Below the pieces are notes generated by a model, which worked only from the letters and a program-made list of their open reading frames with translations, did no database searches and was not told where the DNA came from. Positions 1 to 9,803 of a DNA stretch of 64,000 bases are shown piece after piece. Every line of letters starts with the position of its first letter. The first letter of the stretch is position 1. The translations under genes were made by a program, and so were the position numbers. The stretch comes from Rikenellaceae bacterium (lineage in GTDB: Bacteria > Bacteroidota > Bacteroidia > Bacteroidales > Rikenellaceae), in NCBI GenBank assembly GCA_017379895.1, contig JAFNVH010000078.1, positions 142 to 64,141 on the forward strand, in the 5' to 3' direction.

Positions 1-565
1 TGCGATTGGTTAAGCTATCAACAAATTTCCGACTTTGCGATAGGAGTTCTTTATACTTATTATAAATATATATCTGCTCCTTGCCATATACAACATCCTT
101 GGTGAAGGTAATGCCTTTATGGTCATAATGTTCCCACTTAAATCGTCTGTAATTACTCACATTTTGGTTGAGTGAGTTTAGTACATCATCCGTTAGCCGC
201 AAATCGACATCTTTGGTAATATGTGCGTTGATTACCCATCCATTATTCAATACGCCATCAACATCAATAGTGCATACCCCAAGTCTATTAAGATTTTTGA
301 GGCACTGGCGTATGGTGTACTTACTAATAAGTTCTGGATATCGTTCCAGTAGTATTTTTGAAGAGAACTCAATTTCGAGAGTTTGATGTATATAGTTGGT
401 AGCAATATATACATTAAAAGGTATAGATGGGTTGTGTTTGGTGTTATACCATCTTCCAATTTCTATATTTTTAGTTGCACTGTTAGTTATATTAAAAGCA
501 ATTTTCTCTTCTAACAGATATTTATAATTGGTACGAATTTTAATAGTATCACATTGAATAAACAT
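1..565 (-). CDS. hypothetical protein, N-terminal 188 codons only (runs off the left edge); any replication-initiator-like role is a guess
   Basis: Absent from the supplied ORF track because it is edge-truncated. My own reverse-complement translation from the ATG at 565 stays open down to position 2: MFIQCDTIKIRTNYKYLLEEKIAFNITNSATKNIEIGRWYNTKHNPSIPFNVYIATNYIHQTLEIEFSSKILLERYPELISKYTIRQCLKNLNRLGVCTIDVDG... The listed ORFs 168..386 and 247..459 lie in other frames and are probably spurious. Confidence 0.5.
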   Translation of the reverse strand, partial: MFIQCDTIKIRTNYKYLLEEKIAFNITNSATKNIEIGRWYNTKHNPSIPFNVYIATNYIHQTLEIEFSSKILLERYPELISKYTIRQCLKNLNRLGVCTIDVDGVLNNGWVINAHITKDVDLRLTDDVLNSLNQNVSNYRRFKWEHYDHKGITFTKDVVYGKEQIYIYNKYKELLSQSRKFVDSLTNR

Positions 566-681
566 TTATTTAAGAATTAAACTTCATTATTTTTGAAAGG
601 ACAGAGGGGTTAATGCTACTACTTTCGTGTTCACTATCGTGAGCATTTCCCTACTTTGTTAATAGTGACGATGACGGGCTG

Positions 682-921
682 TTATCTGTTGTCGTCATTA
701 TTATTTGGATTAAGGTAGTCATCCATCGATAAGCTATCGGGTTTGTTTTGTACGGTTCGCCAGTAGCGTAACATTGATTGACTTAAATGTTGCTTATGAA
801 TTTCAGATTTCGGCTTATTTTTTACCGATTGGCTTATTTTGGCTTTGACTTCGTCACTCAGCTGGCGATACTGTCGTTTGTAATTTTTCATATCTATATG
901 TTTTTTTATAAAGTTATTCAC
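682..921 (-). CDS. small DNA-binding protein with NUMOD3-like repeats
   Basis: The 79-aa product contains SDEVKAKISQSVKNKPKSEIHKQHLSQSM, which resembles the tandem NUMOD3 motif (S-E-x-K-x-K-I-S ... K-S-E-x-H-K). It sits in the AT-rich element context. Confidence 0.4.
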   Translation of the reverse strand: MNNFIKKHIDMKNYKRQYRQLSDEVKAKISQSVKNKPKSEIHKQHLSQSMLRYWRTVQNKPDSLSMDDYLNPNNNDDNR

Positions 922-1248
922 ACATAAATATTACGACAGTAACAAAAGTAAGTAAAGTAAAAATAAAAAAAATGCGTGGTATACTGAAAATTCTCGTAAC
1001 AGACTGGTGTAAGGTTATCACGCCTACTACTTTGACCGTGTAAATAAGGCGGCTTACCGTTGCAAGCATAATGATTAGAGTGTGATAGGGATGGGGGATG
1101 TGGTCAAAATTCTTGAAGAAGGTGCTTTTCTAAGGTGTTAAAATTCGCAGTTAAAGTCATTTTTGGGAGCGATATAGTAGAAAATTTTAATAAAACTATT
1201 GACTTTTACTATGCGAAAGGGTAACTTTTAGTAAATGTTAAAACTACA

Positions 1249-1530
1249 ATGACAGAAAGTATTTATGAAAAAGTTTACAATGAAGCACTAACAACGGCAA
1301 TAGCAGATGCCGTATCAAAGGTCTTTGATAAGAAATTTGAAGAGTTGAAAGACAATATAGCAAGCCCGTATGTGAATGGTATTAAGGGACTGGCTGCGTA
1401 CTTGGGAATTGGGGAAACCTTAGCGAATAAACTTCACAAAGACAAAGAAATTAAGAGTTCCCGATTTGGAAGAGAGATTTGGTTTCGCAAGAGCGACATT
1501 GATAAGTTTATGGCTAAGCACCAAGAATAG
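1249..1530 (+). CDS. excisionase-family helix-turn-helix DNA-binding protein (HTH_17-like)
   Basis: The C-terminal GIKGLAAYLGIGETLANKLHKDKEIKSSRFGREIWFRKSDIDKFM matches the excisionase/MerR-like pattern. That pattern is an HTH followed by a 'kig-r-irf-k-sDid-w' segment, common at the ends of Bacteroidota mobile elements. Confidence 0.6.
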   Translation: MTESIYEKVYNEALTTAIADAVSKVFDKKFEELKDNIASPYVNGIKGLAAYLGIGETLANKLHKDKEIKSSRFGREIWFRKSDIDKFMAKHQE

Positions 1531-1624
1531 GATTGTATTATAGGCGAATTGTCCTTATCTTTGCTGACGATACGATTTTATTAACCTTAGGAGTATCAGG
1601 ACTTGTGATAATCAAGAGTGAAAG

Positions 1625-1648
1625 GGGCGTAAAAAAGGGCGTAAAAAA
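1625..1648. repeat. perfect 12-bp tandem duplication GGGCGTAAAAAA x2
   Basis: Read directly: GGGCGTAAAAAA at 1625-1636 and again at 1637-1648. It lies about 40 bp from the tRNA 3' end and just inside the element boundary. Confidence 0.9.
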
Positions 1649-1656
1649 CAAGAACC

Positions 1657-1686
1657 CCCTCTACAAGTGCTTGTAGAAGGGTTTTT
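1657..1686. terminator. hairpin plus T-run between the excisionase-like gene and tRNA-Cys (usable on both strands)
   Basis: CCCTCTACAA / TTGTAGA(A)GGG forms a stem with one bulge, followed by TTTTT on the + strand. On the - strand the same stem is followed by a T-rich run. Confidence 0.55.
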
Positions 1687-1688
1687 AG

Positions 1689-1759
1689 AGGTCTGAAGCG
1701 GATTCGAACCGCTGTAGCAGCTTTTGCAGAGCTGTGCCTAGCCACTCGGCCATCAGACC
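1689..1759 (-). tRNA. tRNA-Cys (anticodon GCA)
   Basis: Reverse complement: GGTCTGATGGCCGAGTGGCTAGGCACAGCTCTGCAAAAGCTGCTACAGCGGTTCGAATCCGCTTCAGACCT. The acceptor stem is GGTCTGA/TCAGACC. The anticodon stem-loop is CAGCT-CTGCAAA-AGCTG. The T-arm is GCGGTTCGAATCCGC. Total length is 71 nt. Confidence 0.9.
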
Positions 1760-1969
1760 ATTTGTTCGTTTTCGGAGTGCAAATATACAGCTATTTTTTC
1801 AATTTCCAAATAAAACGAGTAACTCTTTTGCATTTTTTCGAAATAATCGTGACAAACTGCCCGCACCACACCTATATTCAATATTTCGATATGTGTTTTT
1901 GATTCCAAAAATGTGTATTATCCCGTTTTTTTATTATTTTTGTAATGAAACTACATACATTGAATTATT

Positions 1970-3649
1970 ATGACACGACTCAAAACTTTACTCACAGCAG
2001 TCGCTTTGCTCGCCTCGGGCGTGGCTTTGGCCTGCACAAACCTTATCGTTACGCGCGGCGCATCGACCGACGGATCGATCATCGTCAGCTATGCTGCCGA
2101 TTCGCACCAACTCTATGGCGCACTATACAAGTACAACGCCCCCAAGAAGGGTTATCCCAAAGGCTCGTATATGCCTGTTTATGATTGGGATAGCGGCCGA
2201 TATATGGGTCAGATCAAGCAGGTCGAGCGCACCTATTCGACCGTTAGCAATATGAACGAGCACTCGCTCGTCATCACCGAAACCACATTTGGCGGTCGCC
2301 CCGAATTAGAGGATTCGACCGGCATTATGGATTACGGCTCGCTGATCTACATCACCTTGCAGCGTGCAAAGACCGCACGTGAGGCTATCGACGTAATCGT
2401 TTCGCTCACAGAGGAGTACGGCTACGCATCGAGTGGCGAATCGTTCACCATTGCCGACACCAACGAGGTATGGATTATGGAGTTGATCGGCAAGGGTTGC
2501 AAGCTCAACGAGCGTGGCGACAATATTCACAAAGGTATCGTTTACGTGGCTCGCCGCGTGCCCGATGGTTACGTCAGCGCACACGCAAACCACTCGCGTA
2601 TCTCGACCTTCCCAAAGAACGATCCAGAGAACTGCGTTTATGCTGACGACGTGATCTCGTTTGCTCGCGAGGCTGGTCTGTACGAGGGTTCGGACGAGGA
2701 TTTTAGCTTCTGCGACACCTACGCTCCCGCCGATTTTATGGCGTTGCGCGGTTGCGAGGCTCGCGTTTGGAGCTTCTTCCGTATGGTTGCAGACGATATG
2801 GATCAGTACCTCGACTACGCAATGGGCCACAACCCCAAAAACCGTATGCCTCTGTGGGTTAAGCCCCGCGCGAAGGTATCGGCAAAGATGGTTTTCGACG
2901 CTATGCGCGACCACTACGAGAGCACCCCGATGGATATGACCAAGGATGTTGGCGCAGGCGGCAACGGCCTGCCTTATCGCTGGCGTCCGATGAGTTGGGA
3001 GGTTGACGGCGTTGAATACACCAACGAGCGCGCAATCGCAACTCAGCAGACAGGTTTCTGGCTTGTGGCTCAGACGCGTAATTGGCTACCAAATCCGATT
3101 GGCGGTGTTCTGTGGTTTGGCGTAGACGATGCATCGACATCGGCTTTGACACCCATTTACTGCTCGACAACCGAGGCTCCCGAGTGCTTGGCTGAGGGCA
3201 ACGGCTCGATGATGGAATATTCGCCTACATCGGCATTCTGGCTGTTCAATCGCGTATCAAACTTCGCATACCTGCGCTACAATATGATTGGCGCGGAGAT
3301 TCGCGGCAAGGTTGACGCTTGGGAGAACGCTCGCCTGGTAGAGCTGGCCGAGATTGACGCTCAGGCCGTGGCATTGTACAAGAAGAGCCCCAAGAAGGCG
3401 CAGGAGTTCATAACTCGTTATTCGACCGAGAAGGCACAGAAATTGTTTGCTGAGTGGTCGGCACTGGATCAGTATCTGTTGGTGAAGTATATCGACGGTA
3501 ACGTGAAGCGCCAGAACGAGGGCGGCTCGTTCCAGGACAATGGCGAAGGTCGCTCGATTCCCGCAATGCCAATGTTCCCTGGTTATGACGAGAAGTGGAA
3601 GCGCGCAGTTGCCGAGGACGCTGGCGAGACACTTAAGGTAATCAAATAA
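1970..3649 (+). CDS. C69-family (cysteine) dipeptidase, secreted
   Basis: A signal peptide is followed by the N-terminal nucleophile motif ...LACTNLIVTRGAST... typical of peptidase C69. The product is 559 aa. Confidence 0.8.
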   Translation: MTRLKTLLTAVALLASGVALACTNLIVTRGASTDGSIIVSYAADSHQLYGALYKYNAPKKGYPKGSYMPVYDWDSGRYMGQIKQVERTYSTVSNMNEHSLVITETTFGGRPELEDSTGIMDYGSLIYITLQRAKTAREAIDVIVSLTEEYGYASSGESFTIADTNEVWIMELIGKGCKLNERGDNIHKGIVYVARRVPDGYVSAHANHSRISTFPKNDPENCVYADDVISFAREAGLYEGSDEDFSFCDTYAPADFMALRGCEARVWSFFRMVADDMDQYLDYAMGHNPKNRMPLWVKPRAKVSAKMVFDAMRDHYESTPMDMTKDVGAGGNGLPYRWRPMSWEVDGVEYTNERAIATQQTGFWLVAQTRNWLPNPIGGVLWFGVDDASTSALTPIYCSTTEAPECLAEGNGSMMEYSPTSAFWLFNRVSNFAYLRYNMIGAEIRGKVDAWENARLVELAEIDAQAVALYKKSPKKAQEFITRYSTEKAQKLFAEWSALDQYLLVKYIDGNVKRQNEGGSFQDNGEGRSIPAMPMFPGYDEKWKRAVAEDAGETLKVIK

Positions 3650-3665
3650 AACTCATAGATAGAGA

Positions 3666-5057
3666 ATGAAATACGACATTATAGTTATCGGTAGCGGCCC
3701 GGGTGGCTACGTGGCTGCCGTGCGTGCAGCTCAGGCTGGCAAGCGCACCGCAATCGTCGAGCGCGAAGCGCTGGGTGGAGTCTGCCTAAATTGGGGCTGT
3801 ATCCCCACGAAGGCTCTTTTGAAGAGCGCGTCGGTGTTCCATTACGTTAAGAATGCTGCTACTTACGGTATCGACATCGAGGGCGAGGCGAAGGCCGACA
3901 TCACAAAAATCGTGGCACGCAGTCGTGGCGTAGCCGAGACGATGAGCAAGGGTATCGACTTCCTGATGAAGAAGAACAAAATCGACGTTCTGCGCGGTCA
4001 CGGCTCGATCGAGAACAAGGGCGTCGTAGCGGTCGAGAATGAGGAAGGTCGCACGCTCTACGAGGCTGATCACATCATCTTGGCGACGGGCGCACGTCCG
4101 CGTCAAATGCCCTTTATTCCCGTCGATGGAGAGAAGATCATCACCTCGCGTGATGCTTTGGTTGTCAAGGAGTTGCCCGAGTCAATCGTAGTAATCGGAT
4201 CGGGTGCGATAGGTAGCGAGTTTGCATTCTTTTTCGCTCAGCTGGGCGTCAAGGTGACTATCGTCGAGTACCTGCCCAACCTTATGCCGCTCGAAGACGA
4301 GGAGGTGTCGAAGACAATGGAGCGTGCCTTCCGCAAGATGCGCGCAACGGTCTATACGGGCACAACCGTCAAGGCTGCACGTGTCAATGACGAGGGTCGT
4401 TGCGAGGTAGATATCGAGGGAAAGAAGGGCGCCGAGACTCTCGTTGCAGATATGGTTTTGGCGGCTGTCGGTATCAAAACCAACACCGAAAACATCGGTT
4501 TGGAGAAGGTTGGTATCGAGTTGGATCGCGACAAAATCAAGGTTGACGAGCACTACCAGACGGCTGTCGAGGGCATCTACGCCATTGGCGATTTGATCCC
4601 GACACCCGCGTTGGCACACGTCGCGTCAGCCGAGGCAATTCACTGTATTGATGCAATTTGCGGTCGCTCACCTCAACCCGTAGATTACTCAACTATTCCC
4701 TCGTGTGTTTACACCTCGCCCGAGGTTGCATCGGTCGGCCTTACCGAAAAGCAGGCGACCGATAAAGGTATCGAGTTGAAGGTTGGTCGATTCCAATTCA
4801 CCGCATCGGGCAAGGCGGCTGCGGCAGGCGAGCGAGACGGTTTCGTCAAGCTGCTCTTCGACGCCGCGACCGACAAATTGATTGGTGCGCATTTCGTCGG
4901 AATGAACGTAACCGAGATGATCGCCGAGCCGACCGTAGCGAAAGCTTTGGGTGCAACGGCAGAGGTGCTGGCTCATACAATCCATCCGCACCCGACTATG
5001 AACGAGGCTGTAATGGAGGCCGCCGAGGCTGCATTGGGTCACGCAATTCACGGATAA
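3666..5057 (+). CDS. lpdA: dihydrolipoyl dehydrogenase
   Basis: Contains the FAD-binding GSGPGGY motif, the redox-active disulfide GGVCLNWGCIPTK, and a C-terminal HPHPT(M)NE dimerisation motif. Confidence 0.9.
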   Translation: MKYDIIVIGSGPGGYVAAVRAAQAGKRTAIVEREALGGVCLNWGCIPTKALLKSASVFHYVKNAATYGIDIEGEAKADITKIVARSRGVAETMSKGIDFLMKKNKIDVLRGHGSIENKGVVAVENEEGRTLYEADHIILATGARPRQMPFIPVDGEKIITSRDALVVKELPESIVVIGSGAIGSEFAFFFAQLGVKVTIVEYLPNLMPLEDEEVSKTMERAFRKMRATVYTGTTVKAARVNDEGRCEVDIEGKKGAETLVADMVLAAVGIKTNTENIGLEKVGIELDRDKIKVDEHYQTAVEGIYAIGDLIPTPALAHVASAEAIHCIDAICGRSPQPVDYSTIPSCVYTSPEVASVGLTEKQATDKGIELKVGRFQFTASGKAAAAGERDGFVKLLFDAATDKLIGAHFVGMNVTEMIAEPTVAKALGATAEVLAHTIHPHPTMNEAVMEAAEAALGHAIHG

Positions 5058-5082
5058 GCGAGATCAAAAAATATTAGCAAAA

Positions 5083-5118
5083 ACGCTCGATTTCTTTGAA
5101 AATCGGGCGTTTTTATTT
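5083..5118 (+). terminator. rho-independent terminator after lpdA
   Basis: An 11-bp stem, ACGCTCGATTT / AAATCGGGCGT (one G-U pair), is followed by TTTTATTT. Confidence 0.7.
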
Positions 5119-5174
5119 GGTTTTCCAATAGTTTTTTTATCTTTGCAAAAATCAACCTTAATTACAAAAAAACT

Positions 5175-5645
5175 ATGAAAACGACAACCAAACTTTTACT
5201 CGCCATTTTGATTGCAACTATGGCGGTTGGACAAGCGACGGCTGCCGAGAAAAAGAGAGATTCACGCAAAAAAAAACGAGAGCAGGCATTTCTGCTCGAC
5301 ACCGTTGGCCGAGAAACAATGACATTAGATGACGGCACGGTGATTTACGCCGCTTATTTTAAGGACAAAACGAAACACTCGATGGTGGACTACCGCACGT
5401 GGGTACAACAGAGGGCGAAGTATCCGAAAGGCAGTGCAGCCAAAGGAAAAGTACGAATCGATTTTGTAGTCGAAAAGGATGGAAGTGTGACCGTCGCCGA
5501 TGTGCCATTCTCGGCTGATCCGGCACTAACTGAGGCTGTTATAGACGTATTGAATCGTTCACCCAAGTGGCACCCCGCAGTCAGCCTTGATGGCAAGGAG
5601 TTCTACAAAATAAGATACACTCTAAATCTGATGTTCCAATACTAA
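5175..5645 (+). CDS. TonB C-terminal-domain-like secreted protein
   Basis: A signal peptide is followed by ...YPKGSAAKGKVRIDFVVEKDGSVTVADV..., which resembles the TonB_C fold signature. The coding region contains an A9 run (5268-5276). Confidence 0.5.
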   Translation: MKTTTKLLLAILIATMAVGQATAAEKKRDSRKKKREQAFLLDTVGRETMTLDDGTVIYAAYFKDKTKHSMVDYRTWVQQRAKYPKGSAAKGKVRIDFVVEKDGSVTVADVPFSADPALTEAVIDVLNRSPKWHPAVSLDGKEFYKIRYTLNLMFQY

Positions 5646-5655
5646 CCGAAAAACA

Positions 5656-5687
5656 ATCCGCCCGACCTCGAAAGAAGTCGGGCGGAT
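5656..5687. terminator. bidirectional terminator between convergent genes
   Basis: A perfect 11-bp stem, ATCCGCCCGAC / GTCGGGCGGAT, with a 10-nt loop. On the - strand it is followed by a T-run. Confidence 0.7.
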
Positions 5688-5710
5688 TTACATTTAGACT
5701 GCCGAGCAGA

Positions 5711-5899
5711 TTACTTCTTAAACCACTGAGCAGCCTTATCCTTTGCGTAGAAATAGTAAAAAGCAGCACCAATCATATAGGGTACCAAGATTACGATCAA
5801 AGCCATAACCAGCTTACCTACCATATCAAGATCCTTACGCTGAAAGATCTGAACTGCGAGAATGATCTGGATCACCAGACACACCAAACCAATAATCAT
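5711..5899 (-). CDS. small two-TM membrane protein (PLDc_N-like)
   Basis: The 62-aa product has two hydrophobic helices and a pattern resembling the cardiolipin-synthase N-terminal domain family. Confidence 0.45.
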   Translation of the reverse strand: MIIGLVCLVIQIILAVQIFQRKDLDMVGKLVMALIVILVPYMIGAAFYYFYAKDKAAQWFKK

Positions 5900-5932
5900 T
5901 TCAATATAAATTTAGGGTTAAACAAATAGTTT

Positions 5933-6694
5933 CTATCTCGTTTTTCGTTCGAATACCTCGGGCGCATATTGCACATCGTTCAAAAACAGTCCCTGAGCAG
6001 GCGCCGAGCCTGACGAGCGCGACAAATCACGCGCAGCAACGATCTCGGCAAAGCCCTCGGGTGTAAGTTTTCCCGTACCGACATCGACCAGCGTTCCGAC
6101 AATCGCACGCACCATATTACGCAGGAAGCGATCGGCCGCAATCGTGAATTCGAGCGTGCCGTCTTCGCCACGTTGCCAGCGAGCTTCGTAAATGTGACAG
6201 ATATTGGTCGTATTGTTCGAATTGAGCTTTGCAAACGAGGTAAAATCCTCGAAATCAAACAATCGCGCTGCTGCCTCATTCATCGCCTCAACATTCAGCG
6301 CAGCGTAATATTGCCACGCATAGGCGCGAGTGAACGGGTTCTTGCGATTCTCAATTCGGTAACGATACTCACGACGCACCGCATCGAAACGGGCGTGCGC
6401 CTCGTCAGCCACCTGCGAAATGCTCATCACCGCAATATCGCGCGGCAAAATCGCATTCAGATGATATGCGAAACTCGACGTATCGGCAATCGGTTGCGCA
6501 GTGTCGAAATGAGCCACATAGTACGACGCGTGAACACCCGTATCGGTACGTCCCGCACCAACAATCTCGGTCGGGCAGCGCAAAAGGGTAGAGAGCCCCT
6601 GCTCAATGCTTTGCTGCACCGAGGGAGCTGTCTTCTGACGCTGCCAGCCGCAATAGGCCGTGCCGTCGTAACGCAACTCGATAAAGTATCGCAT
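5933..6694 (-). CDS. truA: tRNA pseudouridine(38-40) synthase
   Basis: N-terminal MRYFIELRYDGTAYCGWQRQ and the catalytic GAGRTDTGVHA motif. Confidence 0.9.
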   Translation of the reverse strand: MRYFIELRYDGTAYCGWQRQKTAPSVQQSIEQGLSTLLRCPTEIVGAGRTDTGVHASYYVAHFDTAQPIADTSSFAYHLNAILPRDIAVMSISQVADEAHARFDAVRREYRYRIENRKNPFTRAYAWQYYAALNVEAMNEAAARLFDFEDFTSFAKLNSNNTTNICHIYEARWQRGEDGTLEFTIAADRFLRNMVRAIVGTLVDVGTGKLTPEGFAEIVAARDLSRSSGSAPAQGLFLNDVQYAPEVFERKTR

Positions 6695-6881
6695 AAAATC
6701 GTTAAGCTTAACTTACAACATTAATAGCCAACAAATGTAATATAAAAATCTAAAACTATCAAAAAATATTTCATTTTCAGCGACGAAAATTGTATCTTTG
6801 TCGGTTGAGAGAGGCTTGAATCTAAATAGCTCAAACCACTCTGAAAACAAGCAATTTAACAGATAATTCGAAGTTTGAAAA

Positions 6882-8240
6882 ATGAATAAACTGAAACAGA
6901 TATTCGCCAACCGTTGGGTTAAATTCTCACTCGCCGTCATCATTTACACGCTTTGGTTCGTCGTTTGGACCGGAAATTTGTGGTGGCTGCTCGGCTTGAT
7001 CGTCATTTTTGACGTCTACGTAACCAAGTTCGTAACCGGCCGTTTGAGCAAAATTAACGAACAATTCAAAGCCAAGAGTAAGTTCTATCGCACAATCGAG
7101 GAGTGGGTGAGCGCTATCATCTTTGCGACGGTTGTGGCGTCGGTGATTCACATCTTCATCTTCCAGATGTACGTTATTCCCTCGTCGTCGATGGAGGGCA
7201 CACTGCTTGTTGGCGATTACCTCTACGTTAGCAAGGTTACCTACGGCCCGCAGATGCCCAACACGCCGATCTCGTTTCCGTTTGTTCACCACACTATGCC
7301 CTTCTCGGCAACGGGCGCAAAGTCATATTCAGAGGCCATCCAGCGACCCTATCACCGATTGAAGGGTCTGCGTTCGATCGAACGCGACGATGTGGTGGTA
7401 TTCAACTTCCCCGCAGGCGACACCGTACTTTTGGAGCGTCAGGATAAGACCTACTACGACGTACTGCGTTACTATCAGCAGCAGTATGGACACACCGAGG
7501 GTCGCCGTCGTTTGGAGCAGGATTTCACGATCATAACCCGTCCCGTCGATAAGCGCGAGAACTACATCAAGCGCTGCGTAGCGATTGCAGGCGATACTCT
7601 CTCGATTGTCAATGGCGAGGTGTTTATCAATGGCGAGAAACAGCGCGAGATCCCCGAGAAGCAGCACCTCAACTTCGTCACTACAAATGCTCCGATCAAC
7701 CTCTCGACATTCAAGAATATGGGCATTAGCGAGGTGTCGGGCGCAGGCCTCAACTACTCGATGCACCTGACCGAGGCCGAGGAGAAGGCTGTTGCCCAGA
7801 TGCGCAAGGTGGTTGCAACAGAGCGCTACTATGATGATTTGCAGAATCTCGATTACTTCCCCAACGACTCGTCGTACACGTGGAATATTGACAATATGGG
7901 TCCGCTGTGGATTCCCGCCAAAGGGGCGACTATTACCCTCAACGAGCAGACGTGGCCTTTGTATCGTCGCGCTATCGAGGTTTATGAAGGTAATACTGTC
8001 GAGGAGCGCGATGGCGAGTATGTGATCAATGGCGAGCCCGCGACGGAATATACATTCAAGATGAATTACTACTTTATGATGGGCGACAACCGACACAACT
8101 CGGCAGACTCGCGCTTCTGGGGTTTCGTTCCCGAGGACCACATCGTAGGTAAGGCATCGTTCGTATGGCTCTCGCTCGACGCCGAGAAGAGTTTCCCAGC
8201 GAATATCCGTTGGAGCCGTATGTTCCGCAGTATCAACTAA
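6882..8240 (+). CDS. lepB: signal peptidase I
   Basis: Contains the SSSMEGTL (catalytic Ser) and [17 protein letters not shown] boxes. This is the long Bacteroidota-type form (452 aa). Confidence 0.9.
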   Translation: MNKLKQIFANRWVKFSLAVIIYTLWFVVWTGNLWWLLGLIVIFDVYVTKFVTGRLSKINEQFKAKSKFYRTIEEWVSAIIFATVVASVIHIFIFQMYVIPSSSMEGTLLVGDYLYVSKVTYGPQMPNTPISFPFVHHTMPFSATGAKSYSEAIQRPYHRLKGLRSIERDDVVVFNFPAGDTVLLERQDKTYYDVLRYYQQQYGHTEGRRRLEQDFTIITRPVDKRENYIKRCVAIAGDTLSIVNGEVFINGEKQREIPEKQHLNFVTTNAPINLSTFKNMGISEVSGAGLNYSMHLTEAEEKAVAQMRKVVATERYYDDLQNLDYFPNDSSYTWNIDNMGPLWIPAKGATITLNEQTWPLYRRAIEVYEGNTVEERDGEYVINGEPATEYTFKMNYYFMMGDNRHNSADSRFWGFVPEDHIVGKASFVWLSLDAEKSFPANIRWSRMFRSIN

Positions 8241-8255
8241 ACCTACGCACGAGCA

Positions 8256-8867
8256 ATGGAAAACGATGTATATCGCACAATCGAGGCCGACGCCGAAGCT
8301 CTCTTCAAAGAGAAAAGCAGTAAGTTCCTCTGCTTTGCTTATCACGTGACGACGGAGGAGCAAATACGCGAGCGACTCGAAGTGCTTTACAAAAAATATT
8401 ACGACGCCACGCACCATTGCTACGCCTGGCGACTCGGTCCGCGCGGCGAAACATTCCGCGCCAATGACGATGGCGAGCCCTCATCGACTGCCGGGAAACC
8501 GATTCTCGGACAGCTACTCTCGCACGAAATTACCGACTGTCTGATTGTCGTTGTGCGATATTTTGGCGGCACGAAATTGGGCGTTTCGGGACTGATCGAG
8601 GCCTACAAGACCTCAGCCGCCGAAGTGATTGCCGCGGCCGAAGTGGTCGAGCGCACGGTCGATGACCGCATCGAGGTGCGATTCTCATATATGGCGATGA
8701 ACGAGGTGATGCGCGTCATCAAAGATATGCAACCCAAGATCGTCGAGCAGTGTTTCGACAATCTATGTACGATGACGCTCTCCATACGTCAAAGTCAAAG
8801 TGAACAACTGCTCACGCGCCTGTCGAAGGTCGAGGGCGCACAAGCCGAAATTGTGACAAACAACTAA
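8256..8867 (+). CDS. YigZ / IMPACT-family protein
   Basis: Contains KSKFLCFAYHV...HHCYAWRLG...DDGEPSSTAG, typical of UPF0029/YigZ. Confidence 0.8.
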   Translation: MENDVYRTIEADAEALFKEKSSKFLCFAYHVTTEEQIRERLEVLYKKYYDATHHCYAWRLGPRGETFRANDDGEPSSTAGKPILGQLLSHEITDCLIVVVRYFGGTKLGVSGLIEAYKTSAAEVIAAAEVVERTVDDRIEVRFSYMAMNEVMRVIKDMQPKIVEQCFDNLCTMTLSIRQSQSEQLLTRLSKVEGAQAEIVTNN

Positions 8868-8883
8868 AAACCAAACATAAGCT

Positions 8884-9795
8884 ATGGCGAATAAGAGTCT
8901 TATTTCAATCACCGATCTCACCAAAGAAGAGATCATTCGCATTACCGAATTGGCTGCCTATTTCGAGGAGCACCCCTACGAGCCTCTGCTCAATGGTCGC
9001 GTGATCGCCTCGCTGTTTTTCGAACCTTCGACCCGCACACGACTCAGCTTTGAGAGTGCAATCAATCGCCTCGGTGCCCGCGTAATCGGTTTCTCCGATA
9101 CGGCCAACACCAGCGTTTCGAAGGGCGAAACCTTCCACGACACCATTCAGGTGATCAGCAACTACTGCGATATGATCGTGATGCGCCACTCGTTGGAGGG
9201 TGCACCGCGCTACGCAAGCGAGTTCTCGAAGGTACCTATCGTCAATGCGGGCGACGGCGCCAACCAGCACCCCTCGCAGACGCTGCTCGACCTCTATTCG
9301 ATCAAAAAGACGCAGGGTACGCTCGACGGCATCAACATTATGATGATCGGCGACTTGAAGTATGGTCGCACCGTACACTCGCTGTTGCAGGCTCTCTCGC
9401 ACTTCAACACTAAGTTTACTTTCGTAGCTCCTCCCGAGTTGCGTATGCCCGAGGAGTACAAGCAGTTCCTGCGCGACAAGGGTCTGGAATTCACCGAAAC
9501 AACCGAGATTGGCGACGCTATCAACGAAGCCGACATCGTCTATATGACCCGCGTGCAGCGCGAGCGTTTCACCGACCCGATGGAGTATGAGCGCGTGAAG
9601 AATGTCTACGTCTTGAAGAACTCGATGCTCGACAACACGAAGGATAATATGCGTATTCTGCATCCGCTGCCGCGTGTGGGCGAGATCGCTTACGATGTGG
9701 ATCAGAACCCCAAGGCATACTACTTCAACCAGACCGAAAACGGCGTGTATACCCGTATGGCAATTATCAGTTATTTGTTAGGCGTTAAAAAGTAA
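8884..9795 (+). CDS. pyrB: aspartate carbamoyltransferase catalytic subunit
   Basis: Contains the STRTR, HPSQ and HPLPR motifs. It is followed by pyrI. Confidence 0.95.
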   Translation: MANKSLISITDLTKEEIIRITELAAYFEEHPYEPLLNGRVIASLFFEPSTRTRLSFESAINRLGARVIGFSDTANTSVSKGETFHDTIQVISNYCDMIVMRHSLEGAPRYASEFSKVPIVNAGDGANQHPSQTLLDLYSIKKTQGTLDGINIMMIGDLKYGRTVHSLLQALSHFNTKFTFVAPPELRMPEEYKQFLRDKGLEFTETTEIGDAINEADIVYMTRVQRERFTDPMEYERVKNVYVLKNSMLDNTKDNMRILHPLPRVGEIAYDVDQNPKAYYFNQTENGVYTRMAIISYLLGVKK

Positions 9796-9803
9796 AGAGA
9801 ACT

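Larger units (their letters stand above)
1..1688. mobile_element. distal end of an integrated element abutting the 3' end of tRNA-Cys (continues off the left edge)
   Basis: The block is visibly AT-rich compared with the core DNA that starts at 1970. It contains an excisionase-type HTH gene, a small NUMOD3-like DNA-binding gene and an edge-truncated ORF. It ends exactly at the 3' end of a tRNA gene, a classic integration target. No integrase or second att copy lies inside the window. Confidence 0.6.
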
